DNA from: Perkinsela sp. CCAP 1560/9
Taxonomy: Eukaryota > Protista > Euglenozoa: Kinetoplastea
Direction: 5' to 3'
DNA: 64,000 nt
NCBI GenBank assembly: GCA_965644495.1
Contig: CBFFSA010000003.1
Span: 496,001-560,000 of the forward strand
The position numbers and the translations under genes are program-made. Every line of letters starts with the position of its first letter. Positions within the stretch are counted from its first letter, which is position 1. The notes under the pieces are model-generated. The model was given only the letters and a program-made list of their open reading frames with translations, ran no database searches and was not told where the DNA came from. Positions 1-11,099 of this stretch are shown piece by piece.

Positions 1-290
1 CTACTGCTTTGCAAAGGCATAATAGTAAATTGAGAGCAAACATCTGTACCCCCGATCAACAGTCTTCCGTCCGGGATAAAAATAGTGCATTGCAATTTAA
101 TTATCTCGAAAAACGTCTTAAGGATACTATTAAAGAGTACAAGGATCTCCGAATGCAAGCGGTCGTTTTTGAGCACATGAGGGAAACAGAATCTAATGCG
201 GCAAAGCATCGAATTCAAGTAGCTACAAAAGAGCTTGCTCACGCATCCGACTATGAGAAGAACTTGCGAAACCAATTTGGTAGAGTGTAA
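1..290 (+). CDS. 3' end of an upstream gene, coiled-coil-like C-terminus (partial)
   Basis: Frame is open from the window edge to TAA at 288-290; charged helical sequence (LEKRLKDTIKEYKDLR); same strand as all other genes. Confidence 0.55.
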   Translation, partial: TALQRHNSKLRANICTPDQQSSVRDKNSALQFNYLEKRLKDTIKEYKDLRMQAVVFEHMRETESNAAKHRIQVATKELAHASDYEKNLRNQFGRV

Positions 291-505
291 TTTAGTCCTG
301 TATATCGAGTGGCATAAATGAATACGTAGCAAAAAATGATGATTCAGACACTAAATTACGTGGCCGCATACCATTTTTAAAGAAAACTGGAATCGAATTT
401 TAGCTTAAAAAATAGAATAGCACTAGCGGCTTTAGAATAGCATTATTTTACGTACTAACATAAGTATGTTGCATTGCTATTATAGACTGATTTTCTGCTA
501 CTCAC

Positions 506-1069
506 ATGACAGACCTTACAACTGAAAATCAGGGCACTGGGGACTCAGAGAATCCCACTGATACGATGGCATCCGTTGTTCTTTCCGCGCCATCTCATTT
601 TGTTTTTGATGAAGATGAAGAACCAGTGGATTTATCAAACTTTTTCGTAAAATTTTACGTGGGGCATCGCGGACGATACGGCCATGAGTTTCTTCAATTC
701 ACTGTGGCTAATACGGGATTGTTGCACTATGTGAATCAGAGTGAATATAAGAAAGATGGGTTGATTCAAAAAGATGTTGTATGCGGGGGTTTGATACTGT
801 ACCAGATTCGTAAGATCATATGCGATAGCAAACTTTTAGAGTACAACGACAAGAAGTGGCCGAAGGCTGGCCGTACGGGAAGACAACATTTGGAAATTCG
901 ACTCGGTACGCAAACTGCGTCGTACACCACAGAAAAACTTGGTACTTTGTCTGAGGTAGAATGCTGTACAGACGCGGAAGGCTTGAAAATATTTTATTAT
1001 TTATCCCAAGACCTCAAGGCGTTAATCTTTGCCTTGATTAGCACACACTTTCGTATCAAACCAATTTAG
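506..1069 (+). CDS. MAGO: Mago nashi, exon junction complex core protein, with ~40 aa acidic N-terminal extension
   Basis: FYVGHRGRYGHEFLQF, YKKD-LIQKD, WP-GRQHLEI, DAEGLKIFYYLSQDLKALIFALISTHFRIKPI match the Mago consensus. Confidence 0.95.
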   Translation: MTDLTTENQGTGDSENPTDTMASVVLSAPSHFVFDEDEEPVDLSNFFVKFYVGHRGRYGHEFLQFTVANTGLLHYVNQSEYKKDGLIQKDVVCGGLILYQIRKIICDSKLLEYNDKKWPKAGRTGRQHLEIRLGTQTASYTTEKLGTLSEVECCTDAEGLKIFYYLSQDLKALIFALISTHFRIKPI

Positions 1070-1462
1070 AATCTTTGAAGAATTCTATTGTATTTTATAT
1101 ATTATATTTTAAGTGATACGTACTACGCTGTAGAAATACCGCGCGTCAATAAAGCAAACACTCCGATCATTTTATGCGGACGAAACAATATCAGTGATTT
1201 CTTTAGATTTATCAATGTACTCGTACGTTGTATGTGGAACTATATGGCTATTTACATTCTACGTTTTACATTCCACCGATGTTCACGCAATTAATAATAC
1301 AAGTGTTTTAATTCATTTTTCTATAAAAATATTCTCCATTGTTTTTCACAACTATTTTTCTAGTACAGGACAGCAAGGCATAAAAAATGCGCATGGATCG
1401 AGAAACGTACGCCGGAGAAAACTACGTCGTTATAGAATTCATCCGCTGAAAAAGGCAAAACA

Positions 1463-4321
1463 ATGGCACAACATGCGGAGACCCCCCTTGACCGCTTATC
1501 GGACACCACATGGTACGATCGTGAAGATGACACCGTTCTCGAATCCGTTACCGTCCATGAGACCCACCCCTCCTTAGATCATCACTACAAAACACGAGAA
1601 CAGAACGTCCTCCAGTCCTTACGTACCTCACGCGACCCCTTTCCCCGCGACCCCTTTCCCCGGGTCTCTCTCCCCCATGAGGCATCGACCCGATTGACCA
1701 CTCCTTCGCAACCTCCAAACCCCTTTCACCCCGTGGTGGAGACCGAGGAGGACACGCCTGTGGTGCTGACCGCGAAACCGGAGGCCTGGTCCCCCCCGTT
1801 TATGCGTCTCCCGCACGCTGGCGCCCCCCAGGACCCGGACACCCCCGAGGCGCCCCAACCCGTGTCTCTCTTTCGAGACCCCCGCAGTGCGCTCGCGCTC
1901 TCCGCGCTGAACGGGTCCGAGAGCTTACGCGGCTACCGGCAGCTCCAGCAGCGGCTGCGGCAAACCCGTGAGTTACGGGAGATGGACCCGCGAGGGGGCA
2001 AAGGGGAGGGGCAAAGGCTGGAGGGAGGGCGTGGGGAGGGAGAAGAAGAACAAGAAGAAAAAGAAAAAGAAGAGGAAACGACCCACGCGCAGCCCTCCTT
2101 GGGGAGGGCCATGGAAAAGGTACACAACACAAGGGGAAGGTCAAGAGAGGAGATGGAAAAGGTGCGAAGGGAACTTCCGGTGCACGCCCATCGGGGGGCG
2201 TTTCTCCAGGCGGTGCGGGAGAATCCGGTGCTGGTGGTGAGTGGGGAGACGGGGTGTGGGAAGACTACGCAGCTGGCGCAGTACCTGATGGAGGGGGGGT
2301 ACACGGAAGGGGGGATGGTGGGGTGTACACAGCCTCGTCGAGCGGCGGCGGTTGCGGTGGCGAAACGGGTGGCGGAGGAGGTGGGAACGGCGCTCGGAGA
2401 TACGGTCGGGTACGCGATTCGTTTCGAGGATTGCTGTACGCCGGCTACACGGATTCGTTACGTCACGGATGGGGTGTTACTGCGAGAAGCCGTGCAGGAT
2501 TTGTACTTGGACCGGTACTCGTGTGTGATACTGGATGAGGCCCACGAACGTTCTCTGGATACGGATTTGTTGCTTGGCGTTATGAAGAGAGTTTTGGGTT
2601 ATAGGAGGGATTTTCGAGTGATTATTTCTTCAGCAACGTTGAACCCAGAACGTTTTGTTCAGTTTTTCAACGGAGCTCCTCTTTTTCAGATACCGGGTAG
2701 AACTTTTAAGGTTCATGTGAAACACGCACCATCTCCTGTTTCTGATTACATCGAGCAAGCAGTACTTACAGCAATGGAGATTCACGTAAAAAAGGAAATG
2801 CCAGGAGACATTCTTGTGTTTATGACCGGACAAGAGGACGTGAATTGTGTCACATATCTTCTCGGAGAACGTCTGCGGAGATATAGTCCAAAGCATGCGG
2901 ATAATATTGTAATTATTCCCGTGTATTCGCTAATGTCAACGACTCACCAAGTGAAAATGTTTCTACCGGCCCCAGAAGGGAAACGGAAGTGCGTTGTTGC
3001 TACAAATATCGCTGAAACCTCATTGACAATTGAGGGCATTCAGTTTGTAGTTGACTGTGGTTTTTGCAAAATAAAGCAGTATGTTCCTAGTCTTGGGCTG
3101 AACACATTAAAGGTGTACCCCATATGTCAAGCACAAGCTGATCAACGTGCAGGTCGGGCAGGGCGTACCAGGGAAGGATGGTGCTATAGACTGTACACCG
3201 AAAACCAATACGAAAATGACATGTACCAATACACAACACCCGAAATTCAACGCACTGATATGTGTCACGTGGTTCTACTAATCAATTCCTTGGAGGTAAA
3301 TGACATCGGAAGCTTCCCATTAATGGACGCACCGCCGCCCAAAAGCTTGAATAAATCAATGCTAGAACTTTGGAGGCTCAAGGTTCTCGATTCTGAGGGA
3401 AAACTGACTTCCACAGGGCGTCTGATGGTTGATCTTCCGCTGGATACATTGCTTGCCAAGTTTCTGGAGGCATCTATCAGCTTTGAGTGTACGGAAGAGG
3501 CCATTACCATCAGCGCTGTACTAAGCGTTGATTACCGAAAACTTTTCTTGCCCCCAAGTGGAGATATTGAGAAGGCTATCATGGCTAGGGAGAAGTTTTT
3601 TGTATTCGAAAGTGATCATCTCACTCTCTTGAACATATACGAGAATTATGTAAAGAATCGACATGATGCTTCCTGGATTCACCGTCATAACCTTAATGAA
3701 GGTATCCTAAGACAAATTGACCTCGTTCGAGAGCAACTTAGGGATACACTATTACGACTGAAATATCCTGTGAAATCGTGTGGGAGACATTTGGATGCGA
3801 TACGAAAGGCTTTAGCGTTTTCTCACTACATTCATGTCGCTAGACGAAACGCACTTACCCAATACAGTGCTCTTTTGCTAAGGTCTGTGCCTGCCCATCT
3901 CCACCCCTCCAGCGCCCTCATGACCGGTGCTTCCATGCCACCATATGTTATTTACCACGAGATGCATCACACAAGCGGCGACCGGGAATACATGACAATG
4001 GTGTCTGCGGTAGAACCTGAGTGGGTAGCAGAAGCAGCCCCCCATTTACTTAATATTCGAAACATGAACGAACAGCGGAGCAGCAAAACGGAGCAAACTA
4101 CCGGAAATTCACTCGCCTCAAACCATCGCGATCAGGCTGCAGCTCAAGGGTTAACCGTGTCCAAGGTGACGGTGCATGAACGGCCTGGATCGGATGACTC
4201 GAAGCCAACGTCGGATGAAATACTGTCGACAGTTTCTCGTACAGCAGTCAAGCGCCCGCTGGGGGCAACGGGAGAGGGACCAAAGAAAACCGGTTTTAAA
4301 GGCAGAAGAAACGTTTTTTGA
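1463..4321 (+). CDS. PRP16: Spliceosomal DEAH-box RNA helicase, Prp16/DHX38-like
   Basis: GETGCGKTTQ, CTQPRRAAA, DEAHERS, SAT, ATNIAETSLT, QRAGRAGR, HA2/OB region (ESDHLTLLNIY); N-terminal WYD motif typical of Prp16. Confidence 0.85.
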   Translation: MAQHAETPLDRLSDTTWYDREDDTVLESVTVHETHPSLDHHYKTREQNVLQSLRTSRDPFPRDPFPRVSLPHEASTRLTTPSQPPNPFHPVVETEEDTPVVLTAKPEAWSPPFMRLPHAGAPQDPDTPEAPQPVSLFRDPRSALALSALNGSESLRGYRQLQQRLRQTRELREMDPRGGKGEGQRLEGGRGEGEEEQEEKEKEEETTHAQPSLGRAMEKVHNTRGRSREEMEKVRRELPVHAHRGAFLQAVRENPVLVVSGETGCGKTTQLAQYLMEGGYTEGGMVGCTQPRRAAAVAVAKRVAEEVGTALGDTVGYAIRFEDCCTPATRIRYVTDGVLLREAVQDLYLDRYSCVILDEAHERSLDTDLLLGVMKRVLGYRRDFRVIISSATLNPERFVQFFNGAPLFQIPGRTFKVHVKHAPSPVSDYIEQAVLTAMEIHVKKEMPGDILVFMTGQEDVNCVTYLLGERLRRYSPKHADNIVIIPVYSLMSTTHQVKMFLPAPEGKRKCVVATNIAETSLTIEGIQFVVDCGFCKIKQYVPSLGLNTLKVYPICQAQADQRAGRAGRTREGWCYRLYTENQYENDMYQYTTPEIQRTDMCHVVLLINSLEVNDIGSFPLMDAPPPKSLNKSMLELWRLKVLDSEGKLTSTGRLMVDLPLDTLLAKFLEASISFECTEEAITISAVLSVDYRKLFLPPSGDIEKAIMAREKFFVFESDHLTLLNIYENYVKNRHDASWIHRHNLNEGILRQIDLVREQLRDTLLRLKYPVKSCGRHLDAIRKALAFSHYIHVARRNALTQYSALLLRSVPAHLHPSSALMTGASMPPYVIYHEMHHTSGDREYMTMVSAVEPEWVAEAAPHLLNIRNMNEQRSSKTEQTTGNSLASNHRDQAAAQGLTVSKVTVHERPGSDDSKPTSDEILSTVSRTAVKRPLGATGEGPKKTGFKGRRNVF

Positions 4322-4474
4322 CTTTGAGAAGGATATCTTAATGCGTGTTGCGTAATTTTTTTGAACACATCTTTTAACAGTATTCTGTGTTATTGAGAGT
4401 ACGATATTGCTTTCACGAGTTTGGCTAAACGATATACCAACGCGATGATTTAAGTATACATAGGTTTATTTTAT

Positions 4475-5443
4475 ATGTTTCGAGTGTGCTCTAGGCTGCT
4501 TCCATGGTGGAACTATTCCACAGAACAAAAAAATATGAAGGTTCTTCAGCGCGGAGGACACGTTCAGCGGCGTGTATGGCCTGCTACGCACAAAATATAC
4601 GTGAAAAAGTACCGAAGAGGACATTTCCCTAATCGGGGACGGACCCATCTTAATGTTGCACAAATCGGGGTCATGAAGACGCGGCCACATCGTATGGGAT
4701 GGCCGTATGATGCAACTTCCCTTATTTTCAATAGTGCTCGGGGCGCCGACAAAATAGGCTACGTTGTTTCTACTTCCATGTTAAAAACAGCTGTAGTGGC
4801 CGCAAACTACATGGTTTACTACCCCAAATTTAATCAAAGAGTAGCTAAAACAGGAAGATACTTTGCCCATGATGAAGACATGGCATGCGTTGAGGGCGAT
4901 TTAGTCCACATAAAGAAATGTCGAAAAATGAGTAAATACAAACACTATTACATATTTTCTATTTTGGAACCTAATGTGGAAGGCCGAGAAAGACTCAAAT
5001 TGGGACTTCCTGTGCGCCCCCCGGCACTTTTCGGCTACCCTAACACTCGGCGAGTGATGAAAATTAATCTGACCTCTAAATCACAGTCAAAAGAAATGTT
5101 AGCTGCAGCCATGCAGGAACAGGTCTCACAATTTTATAAATACAGCGGATCCGTGACGTCAAGTAAGACTTACCGAGGTACAGCTGAGGAGTCCAATACC
5201 ACATTTGAGGAAGCTCACCAAATTGTGGCCCCCAATGCCGGCGAAACGCCCATTGGCGAGCTTGAAGGGGGCGGTGATTCCTCTATTGGCACAGAATCTA
5301 CTGATGTGCATAGCATTCCACCAGACAAACACGAGGATTATACTGAATTGGAGCAGGACATGCGACGCCGCAAGGGGGATATCTACTGGAACCGAAATCA
5401 ACCATTCTCTGGATTAACAAAGGACACGACACGCTCCCCATAA
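4475..5443 (+). CDS. MRPS17: Mitochondrial ribosomal protein uS17m, extended kinetoplastid type
   Basis: S17 core GYVVSTSMLKTAVV...YPKFNQRVAKTGRYFAHDE...EGDLVHIKKCRKMSKYKH; Arg-rich presequence-like N-terminus; long extensions. Confidence 0.85.
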   Translation: MFRVCSRLLPWWNYSTEQKNMKVLQRGGHVQRRVWPATHKIYVKKYRRGHFPNRGRTHLNVAQIGVMKTRPHRMGWPYDATSLIFNSARGADKIGYVVSTSMLKTAVVAANYMVYYPKFNQRVAKTGRYFAHDEDMACVEGDLVHIKKCRKMSKYKHYYIFSILEPNVEGRERLKLGLPVRPPALFGYPNTRRVMKINLTSKSQSKEMLAAAMQEQVSQFYKYSGSVTSSKTYRGTAEESNTTFEEAHQIVAPNAGETPIGELEGGGDSSIGTESTDVHSIPPDKHEDYTELEQDMRRRKGDIYWNRNQPFSGLTKDTTRSP

Positions 5444-5652
5444 TGTGGTGAGTATGTAGTATAACTGGGTTTAATATGCCTGTTACAATGCATGCTTGTG
5501 TGATAAAAATAAGATTGATAAAAATTGTACATTCATACAATTTAGATCACATACCTTTCTTACTGCCCATATATTTTTTGGGGCTTGGTCCGGTACAATA
5601 AGAACTTCCAATTAATCTAGTTACCTATTTCGACTACTCTGCAGTACAGTAA

Positions 5653-8235
5653 ATGAATTTTTACGGCGAGACAGGAAGAAATCAACGTCTGAATAATAGA
5701 GACGCCGAAAACGGAGAACGCAAAGTTTGTGTAGTTGCGCGCATACGTCCTTGTCTGCGTCCCAATAATGAAACAGATAACAACGTCTGCGTTCGTGGTG
5801 TAGATGACACTACCCTATTGTTGACTAAGCGCGATGTCCGGGGGACCGTTTTAGAGGAGCACGATTTTGTTTTTGACAATGTCTTTGATACGTGTGACAC
5901 GCAAGAAAATGTTTTTAACGAATGCGTCGAGGATTTGACTGCTGCTGCATTTGCAGGTCAGGATCTAACAATAATGGCATACGGACAAACCGGTAGCGGA
6001 AAAACTTACACGCTGCTCGGAGGTGGGCGACAACGCGATTTGGAAGAGATGTATCCTCGGCTAACCAGTCAGGGCTTCATACATACGGAACATTCACTGC
6101 ATGTAGAAACTAACTTGCTGAAGTCCGATTTCGAAAACGGACTCCTTCTTCGAGTTGCTTCGAAGCTTTTAGAACATCGAAGGCGGCAGCCTAATCTTAG
6201 AATAGAGATATACATGAGTGCTGTTGAAGTTTACCAAGATCGATTTCGCGACCTTTTGCAAGACGGATGCATTATTGGATTTAGAGAATCAGAAGAGGAT
6301 ATCATCTTAATAAATAAAACGTTGATTCGTGTAGCTAGCCTCAGTGACGTAATCAGTTGTCTAAATATTGCAAACAAAGCGAGGTCAGTGGCACAAACAC
6401 AAGCCAATCGTGCCTCCAGTCGATCGCATGCGATTTTTTCATTCGAAATTGATGAGTTAGATGCATTTTCACGCTTTACAGAATCCGACGTAGGAAGTGG
6501 TACCATTGTACTTGATCTGTCTCATCATGATTTGTTGGACGAACGCATAGATGCAGGAAAAATAAGTTTTTATACTAGTCAAACATTTCGAGACTCGATT
6601 AGAAGTCGACACAAAATTACTTTTATTGACCTTGCCGGTAGTGAAAGAATAAAACGATCAGGTGCGGAAGGAAAACAATTATCGGAAGCCTTATTCGTAA
6701 ACAAGTCGCTCAGTGCGCTGGGAAAGGTAGTCCGTGACATATGTTCCAACGCTCGCCACATTCCTTTTCGCGAAAGCAAACTGACCCGCATCCTGCGACC
6801 ATCTCTCATTTCCCCGCGATCTCGAATCCTTTTGATTGCAAATGTATCACCTACTTTAAGAGATTATAGCGAAATTCTAGGAACGCTTCGATTTGCAGAT
6901 CGGATTAAACATCTTCGCCAAGTCCCAACACTCGATCGAAGCTTTTCATTGACCCAGGAACGAGAGTATTTTTCCCTGAAGAATACCATGGAGGGCTTGT
7001 GCACCGAGGCGAGAGTGGCATACGCTGGAGCGGGCTACGTTAGACAGCTTTCAAGGTACAGCACAGCAAGCTCTCCTTGCAGAATACAGCCTTTAGATCA
7101 GGTTATTTCCGCGGCGAATTTCTATGAAATGATCGAACGCTACAGGAATGAAGTTGCGAAAGAAAGAATACTTGAGAAGGCTCGAGCCAATGCGAAAAAA
7201 GAACTTTTGTTGCACGAGTGCTTGACATCACTTTCCTCGAAATATAAAGATCTAGAACGGGACAAAATTCGTGTTAGTGAACTTAAAACCATACTAGACG
7301 AGGAGGATGAAATAGGACAAGCATTGGAATCGAAAATTAATTCGCTGCGACACAAGAAAAGCGAGACAGGAAAGGATAACCAGATTCTTCAAAATGAAGC
7401 CGAAAAAGCGAAATCTGAGTGCGCTGCAATAGTGAAACATGTTGGAGAAAAAAACTATGAGCACAGGAACTTGAAAATTCACCTCAAAGGACTAAAAGGT
7501 CAAATCTCTGACATGAAATTGAAGTCGAATCGACAGAAGAAAGAAAATCTATCTATCGATTCCACTTTGCGAAATGCTGAGTTCATAATAAGGGACTGTA
7601 CGGAGTTGTGCCGTTTGATAGAAGAAAATTACATGAGACTAGAGCAGGAAATCGTATCCAAATTCGACGCGACGGATACAAAACTCACCACAAACGTTAT
7701 TGAGACCTTAACTTCTAACATCCATATACACTGGGTTCGGTTTAGTAGAGCAATTAAAAACAGCACGTACAATTTATTTTCTGGTAAACCGCGAATTAGA
7801 AATCCGCCCGCAGAGATGCGTAGAGAAATAAAAAACATTTTTGACGTAGCCAAACGTACAGGTGTGTTCAGAGCCGATTTGATACAAGATTTGCTCGATT
7901 TGCTGGACAATGTAAATATCTCAGAACGTGATGTAGAAAGTATACTCTCCCCAATTAACGGGATGGAAAATTCTATTGGTCCACTAGAATTGTCTTCTGA
8001 GCACAAGAGGAATCCGGCGAAAGAGCACGTTCTAAAAGAACTCTTTAAACAAAAGCAGAAATCAAGACCGTGGTATCGAGCCGCACAAGCCGTATATTTG
8101 TATCCTTCAAGTGAATTCTTGCTTCGGTTCATGGTTTATACTTTGAAAGAGTATAACCTAGGAACTGCGTGTGTTACACTTGCCGATTTTATATGGGTCT
8201 TGAATGAGACGGTCAGCAAAACAGCAGAAGGATGA
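5653..8235 (+). CDS. Kinesin with N-terminal motor domain and coiled-coil stalk
   Basis: VVARIRP, FVFDNVF, P-loop AYGQTGSGKTYT, switch I NRASSRSHAIF, switch II IDLAGSER, HIPFRESKLTRIL. Confidence 0.95.
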   Translation: MNFYGETGRNQRLNNRDAENGERKVCVVARIRPCLRPNNETDNNVCVRGVDDTTLLLTKRDVRGTVLEEHDFVFDNVFDTCDTQENVFNECVEDLTAAAFAGQDLTIMAYGQTGSGKTYTLLGGGRQRDLEEMYPRLTSQGFIHTEHSLHVETNLLKSDFENGLLLRVASKLLEHRRRQPNLRIEIYMSAVEVYQDRFRDLLQDGCIIGFRESEEDIILINKTLIRVASLSDVISCLNIANKARSVAQTQANRASSRSHAIFSFEIDELDAFSRFTESDVGSGTIVLDLSHHDLLDERIDAGKISFYTSQTFRDSIRSRHKITFIDLAGSERIKRSGAEGKQLSEALFVNKSLSALGKVVRDICSNARHIPFRESKLTRILRPSLISPRSRILLIANVSPTLRDYSEILGTLRFADRIKHLRQVPTLDRSFSLTQEREYFSLKNTMEGLCTEARVAYAGAGYVRQLSRYSTASSPCRIQPLDQVISAANFYEMIERYRNEVAKERILEKARANAKKELLLHECLTSLSSKYKDLERDKIRVSELKTILDEEDEIGQALESKINSLRHKKSETGKDNQILQNEAEKAKSECAAIVKHVGEKNYEHRNLKIHLKGLKGQISDMKLKSNRQKKENLSIDSTLRNAEFIIRDCTELCRLIEENYMRLEQEIVSKFDATDTKLTTNVIETLTSNIHIHWVRFSRAIKNSTYNLFSGKPRIRNPPAEMRREIKNIFDVAKRTGVFRADLIQDLLDLLDNVNISERDVESILSPINGMENSIGPLELSSEHKRNPAKEHVLKELFKQKQKSRPWYRAAQAVYLYPSSEFLLRFMVYTLKEYNLGTACVTLADFIWVLNETVSKTAEG

Positions 8236-8558
8236 TGACCCCTTAGATCCAAAACCACGGTTTTTTGAGATATTTTTCCAAGTAAGTTCGAAATTCGAAG
8301 TATTTTTCTCTTGTTTCTCTTTCATGGTTGCAATGTCGTATTTGACTTCGGAAAGGCATGATCGAGTATCGAAAAGAACTAGAGGTCGAATGCAATACCA
8401 AAAGACCTAGGAGGTATAATAGGTGTCCCTAGGTATAATAACCAGGACGGTGGTTTATATTCACGCACTGTAATATTCCTGGCATCAACGCGACACTGGG
8501 AAAATCCTTTTAGATGAGACTAATTTCCATCAATCTATCTTCCGGTTTATATCTATAA

Positions 8559-8993
8559 ATGGCACATACGCCTACTGCAGCAGTATACGGCTTTATTGGT
8601 TGGGTGCTCAGCATATTCACCTTGCTTTCATTTTTGCTTTGGGCATTTGTTACTGACAGGCAACTTTCCGATACATTGGGAATAACCTATTTTCCCGATA
8701 AATTGTGGGCACTTCGCTTTTCTTCCTTAATAGCAATGACGTTTGTGATATACGTTGTGATGTACGTAGGCTGTTCAATGTCTCAATTACCCGCTTTGGA
8801 TGACCCGATTAGCCTTGGACCACTACCGTGCAAGAAAGGCCACATGGACGGCTGTATGACATGTGCTTCGTGTCCAAACCATCGTCTTGAAGCTCCGAAT
8901 GCAGTACCACCGCTTCTGGAGATTCCTCTCTGTGTCGTGAATAGGGAAATCATTTTCACAAAGAAGTCTGGTTGGGAAAAAGGGATCAGTTAG
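8559..8993 (+). CDS. PIGP: GPI-GlcNAc transferase subunit PIG-P/Gpi19
   Basis: VYGFIGW...LLWAF...LGITYFPDKLWAL, two TM helices, C-terminal PPLLEIPLCVVN. Confidence 0.9.
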   Translation: MAHTPTAAVYGFIGWVLSIFTLLSFLLWAFVTDRQLSDTLGITYFPDKLWALRFSSLIAMTFVIYVVMYVGCSMSQLPALDDPISLGPLPCKKGHMDGCMTCASCPNHRLEAPNAVPPLLEIPLCVVNREIIFTKKSGWEKGIS

Positions 8994-9440
8994 GAATATC
9001 TGATCGATTAATGTATTCGAGTCGGCTGCATTATGCAATGTTGCAAGCTGCGCGCAACGTTCTTCTCGTTAAGAGCAGAAGTTGTTTCTCAAAAATTTTG
9101 ACCAATCGTCCAGAGGGAACCATTACAGTATCCGCTTTTAGCACGCTCAAGTTATGGGGAATTGTAGCAAAAAAAGTTGACTAGGAACTGCGCCGTATTT
9201 TAATACTGTCCCCCCTGTTAATATTTAATACTGTCCCCCCTCGCCTTATGCGCACCTGGTCAGACCCCCCCGTTTAAGCGCACATAGAGTTGGGGTGCGG
9301 ACTCTGGCGCCGCAAAGGGTCGACTAATTTTTTTTATGTACTGATTCAGACCCCCCCGTTTAAGCGCACTTTCCACGGAAAACGAGGTGCCGCCCGCACA
9401 TTTATAATGCATACTAAGCGGCGCATTTATAATGCATATA

Positions 9441-9881
9441 GCACATTCAGATACATATTAGCACATTCACATGCATATAGCACATTCAGATGCATAACAG
9501 CACATTCACATGCATAACAGCACATTCACATGCATCGCTCGCGCGACCCCCGCTAAATAGGGAGGGAAGGTGGTAGTTGTGGGGTATGGAGGCCTCTCGC
9601 AACTCCGGGGCCTCACCGGGAGCAAAGGTGAGCACCCCGCACCAACTTTTCGAAAAAGTTGATATCCGTGCCTAAAATTTTATGCATGTGAATGTGCTGT
9701 TATGCATGTGAATGTGCTATATGCATGTGAATGTGCCGGATTTATGCATGTGAATGTGCCGATTAAATATGCATGTGAATGTGCATTATGCATGTGAATG
9801 TGCTGTTATGCATGTGAATGTGCTATATGCATGTGAATGTGCATTATGCATGTGAATGTGCTGTTATGCATGTGAATGTGC
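9441..9881. repeat. Fold-back minisatellite: 5 copies of gcacattca(c/g)at(g/a)cat, a ~145 bp GC-rich core, then 10 inverted copies atgcatgtgaatgtgc
   Basis: Read directly: units at 9441, 9461, 9480, 9500, 9520 and inverted units from 9682 to 9866, ~19-25 bp period. Confidence 0.95.
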
Positions 9882-10096
9882 TATAAACCCCTCGACACGA
9901 ATAAAGCACCCCCCTTTATTTTTTGCGTGCGGGGACCCATGGGGGTTGCAGCACCACTTTATCGTCCACAATTTTGAGATCTGCACGTTCCCGGGGTTTT
10001 TAGCTTCATTTAAAACTTTTAAAAAAATCAGTTCCAGAAATATTTTTTTTTCTAAACTTTCATGGTAAAATCCAAGTACCGTCCCCCAAAGGGGGG

Positions 10097-11099
10097 ATGA
10101 CCCCTATAGGTAAGACATTATTGCGCCTGAGGTTCGAAGACGGTGTCCCAAAGAAGCAACTTGCACGAGAATTTAATATTTCTGTAAAATATGAGGCAAT
10201 ATCTGAAAGCAAAAGAAACCAATAAAACCAAAATATTTACACCGAATATCTGAAAGCAAAAGAAACCAATAAAACCAAAATATTTACACCGAAAAAAATT
10301 ATTTTACGTCGCAGAAAAAAAATAGTAACCATTATTTCACCAAAAGACCTTGCTGGAGTGCCGAAACACAGCAGCGCTAGATGCATGGCGGGGAGATTGA
10401 GTAAAAAGGGGGTACATGTCACAAAACGCACTGTTCAACGTGACTTAAAAGCAATGAAATATACTTATTCCCCACGCCATGTTACTATGGCGTTGACCGA
10501 ACGTCAGAAGGCTAAAAGGGTTGAGTTTGCCTTAGCATGGAATGGGGATTCACGCATAATTGTATTTTCTGATGAAAAAATCTTTGATACTAATGACATG
10601 CGTAAGAAAATGTGGGTTGCCCCGGGCGAAAAGGCTGCTTCAAGGCAGAAAATGCGTTGGGCCCCAAAATACCATGTGTGGGGTGCCATTGGAGTTGGGT
10701 GGCGTTATCTAGCTATTCTTCCCAATGACAGCTCAATTACGAAAGTATATTAAAACTCTGTGTAAGACTCCTTTCCCCCGTAATTTTATTTTTCAACAAG
10801 ATGGAGCAGGCGCACACACTGCAAAAATGACAAAGTCTTATCTTTTTGTATCAGAAATTCAGTATATCTAAAATTGGCCTGCCAACTCACCTGACCTCAA
10901 TCCTATAGAAAATGTATGGGAAATGATACAGCAACGAGTATGTGGAATGAACCCCTCCAGTACTACTTCGCTTATTAGGTGTGTAAAAAAAGCATTTGAA
11001 GAAATCTCCCGAAGGCAAGTAAATAAAACTGTTTTAAGCTTCGATCGTCGACTAGAAGCCTGCGTAAAGCGCAAGGGAGAAAAAGTGAAAAAGTGGTAA
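10097..11099 (+). pseudogene. Tc1/IS630-family transposase pseudogene (DD35E spacing)
   Basis: HTH-like KKQLAREFNISV; VTKRTVQRDL; IVFSDEKIF; HVWGAIG; FQQDGAGAH; WPANSPDLNPIENVW. Frameshifts near 10190 and 10750, 47 bp tandem duplication 10198-10291, in-frame TAA 10869-10871. Confidence 0.9.

Noticed and set aside
9585-9640. HDV-like ribozyme in the fold-back core
   Set aside because: Stems are present but I could not thread the P1-P2-P3-P1.1-P4 nested double pseudoknot
9441-9881. CRISPR-like array
   Set aside because: Units are adjacent with 2-9 bp linkers, there are no unique spacers or cas genes, and the context is eukaryotic; it is a minisatellite
10358-10753. 131-aa ORF as an intact gene
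   Set aside because: It is the middle fragment of a frameshifted transposase
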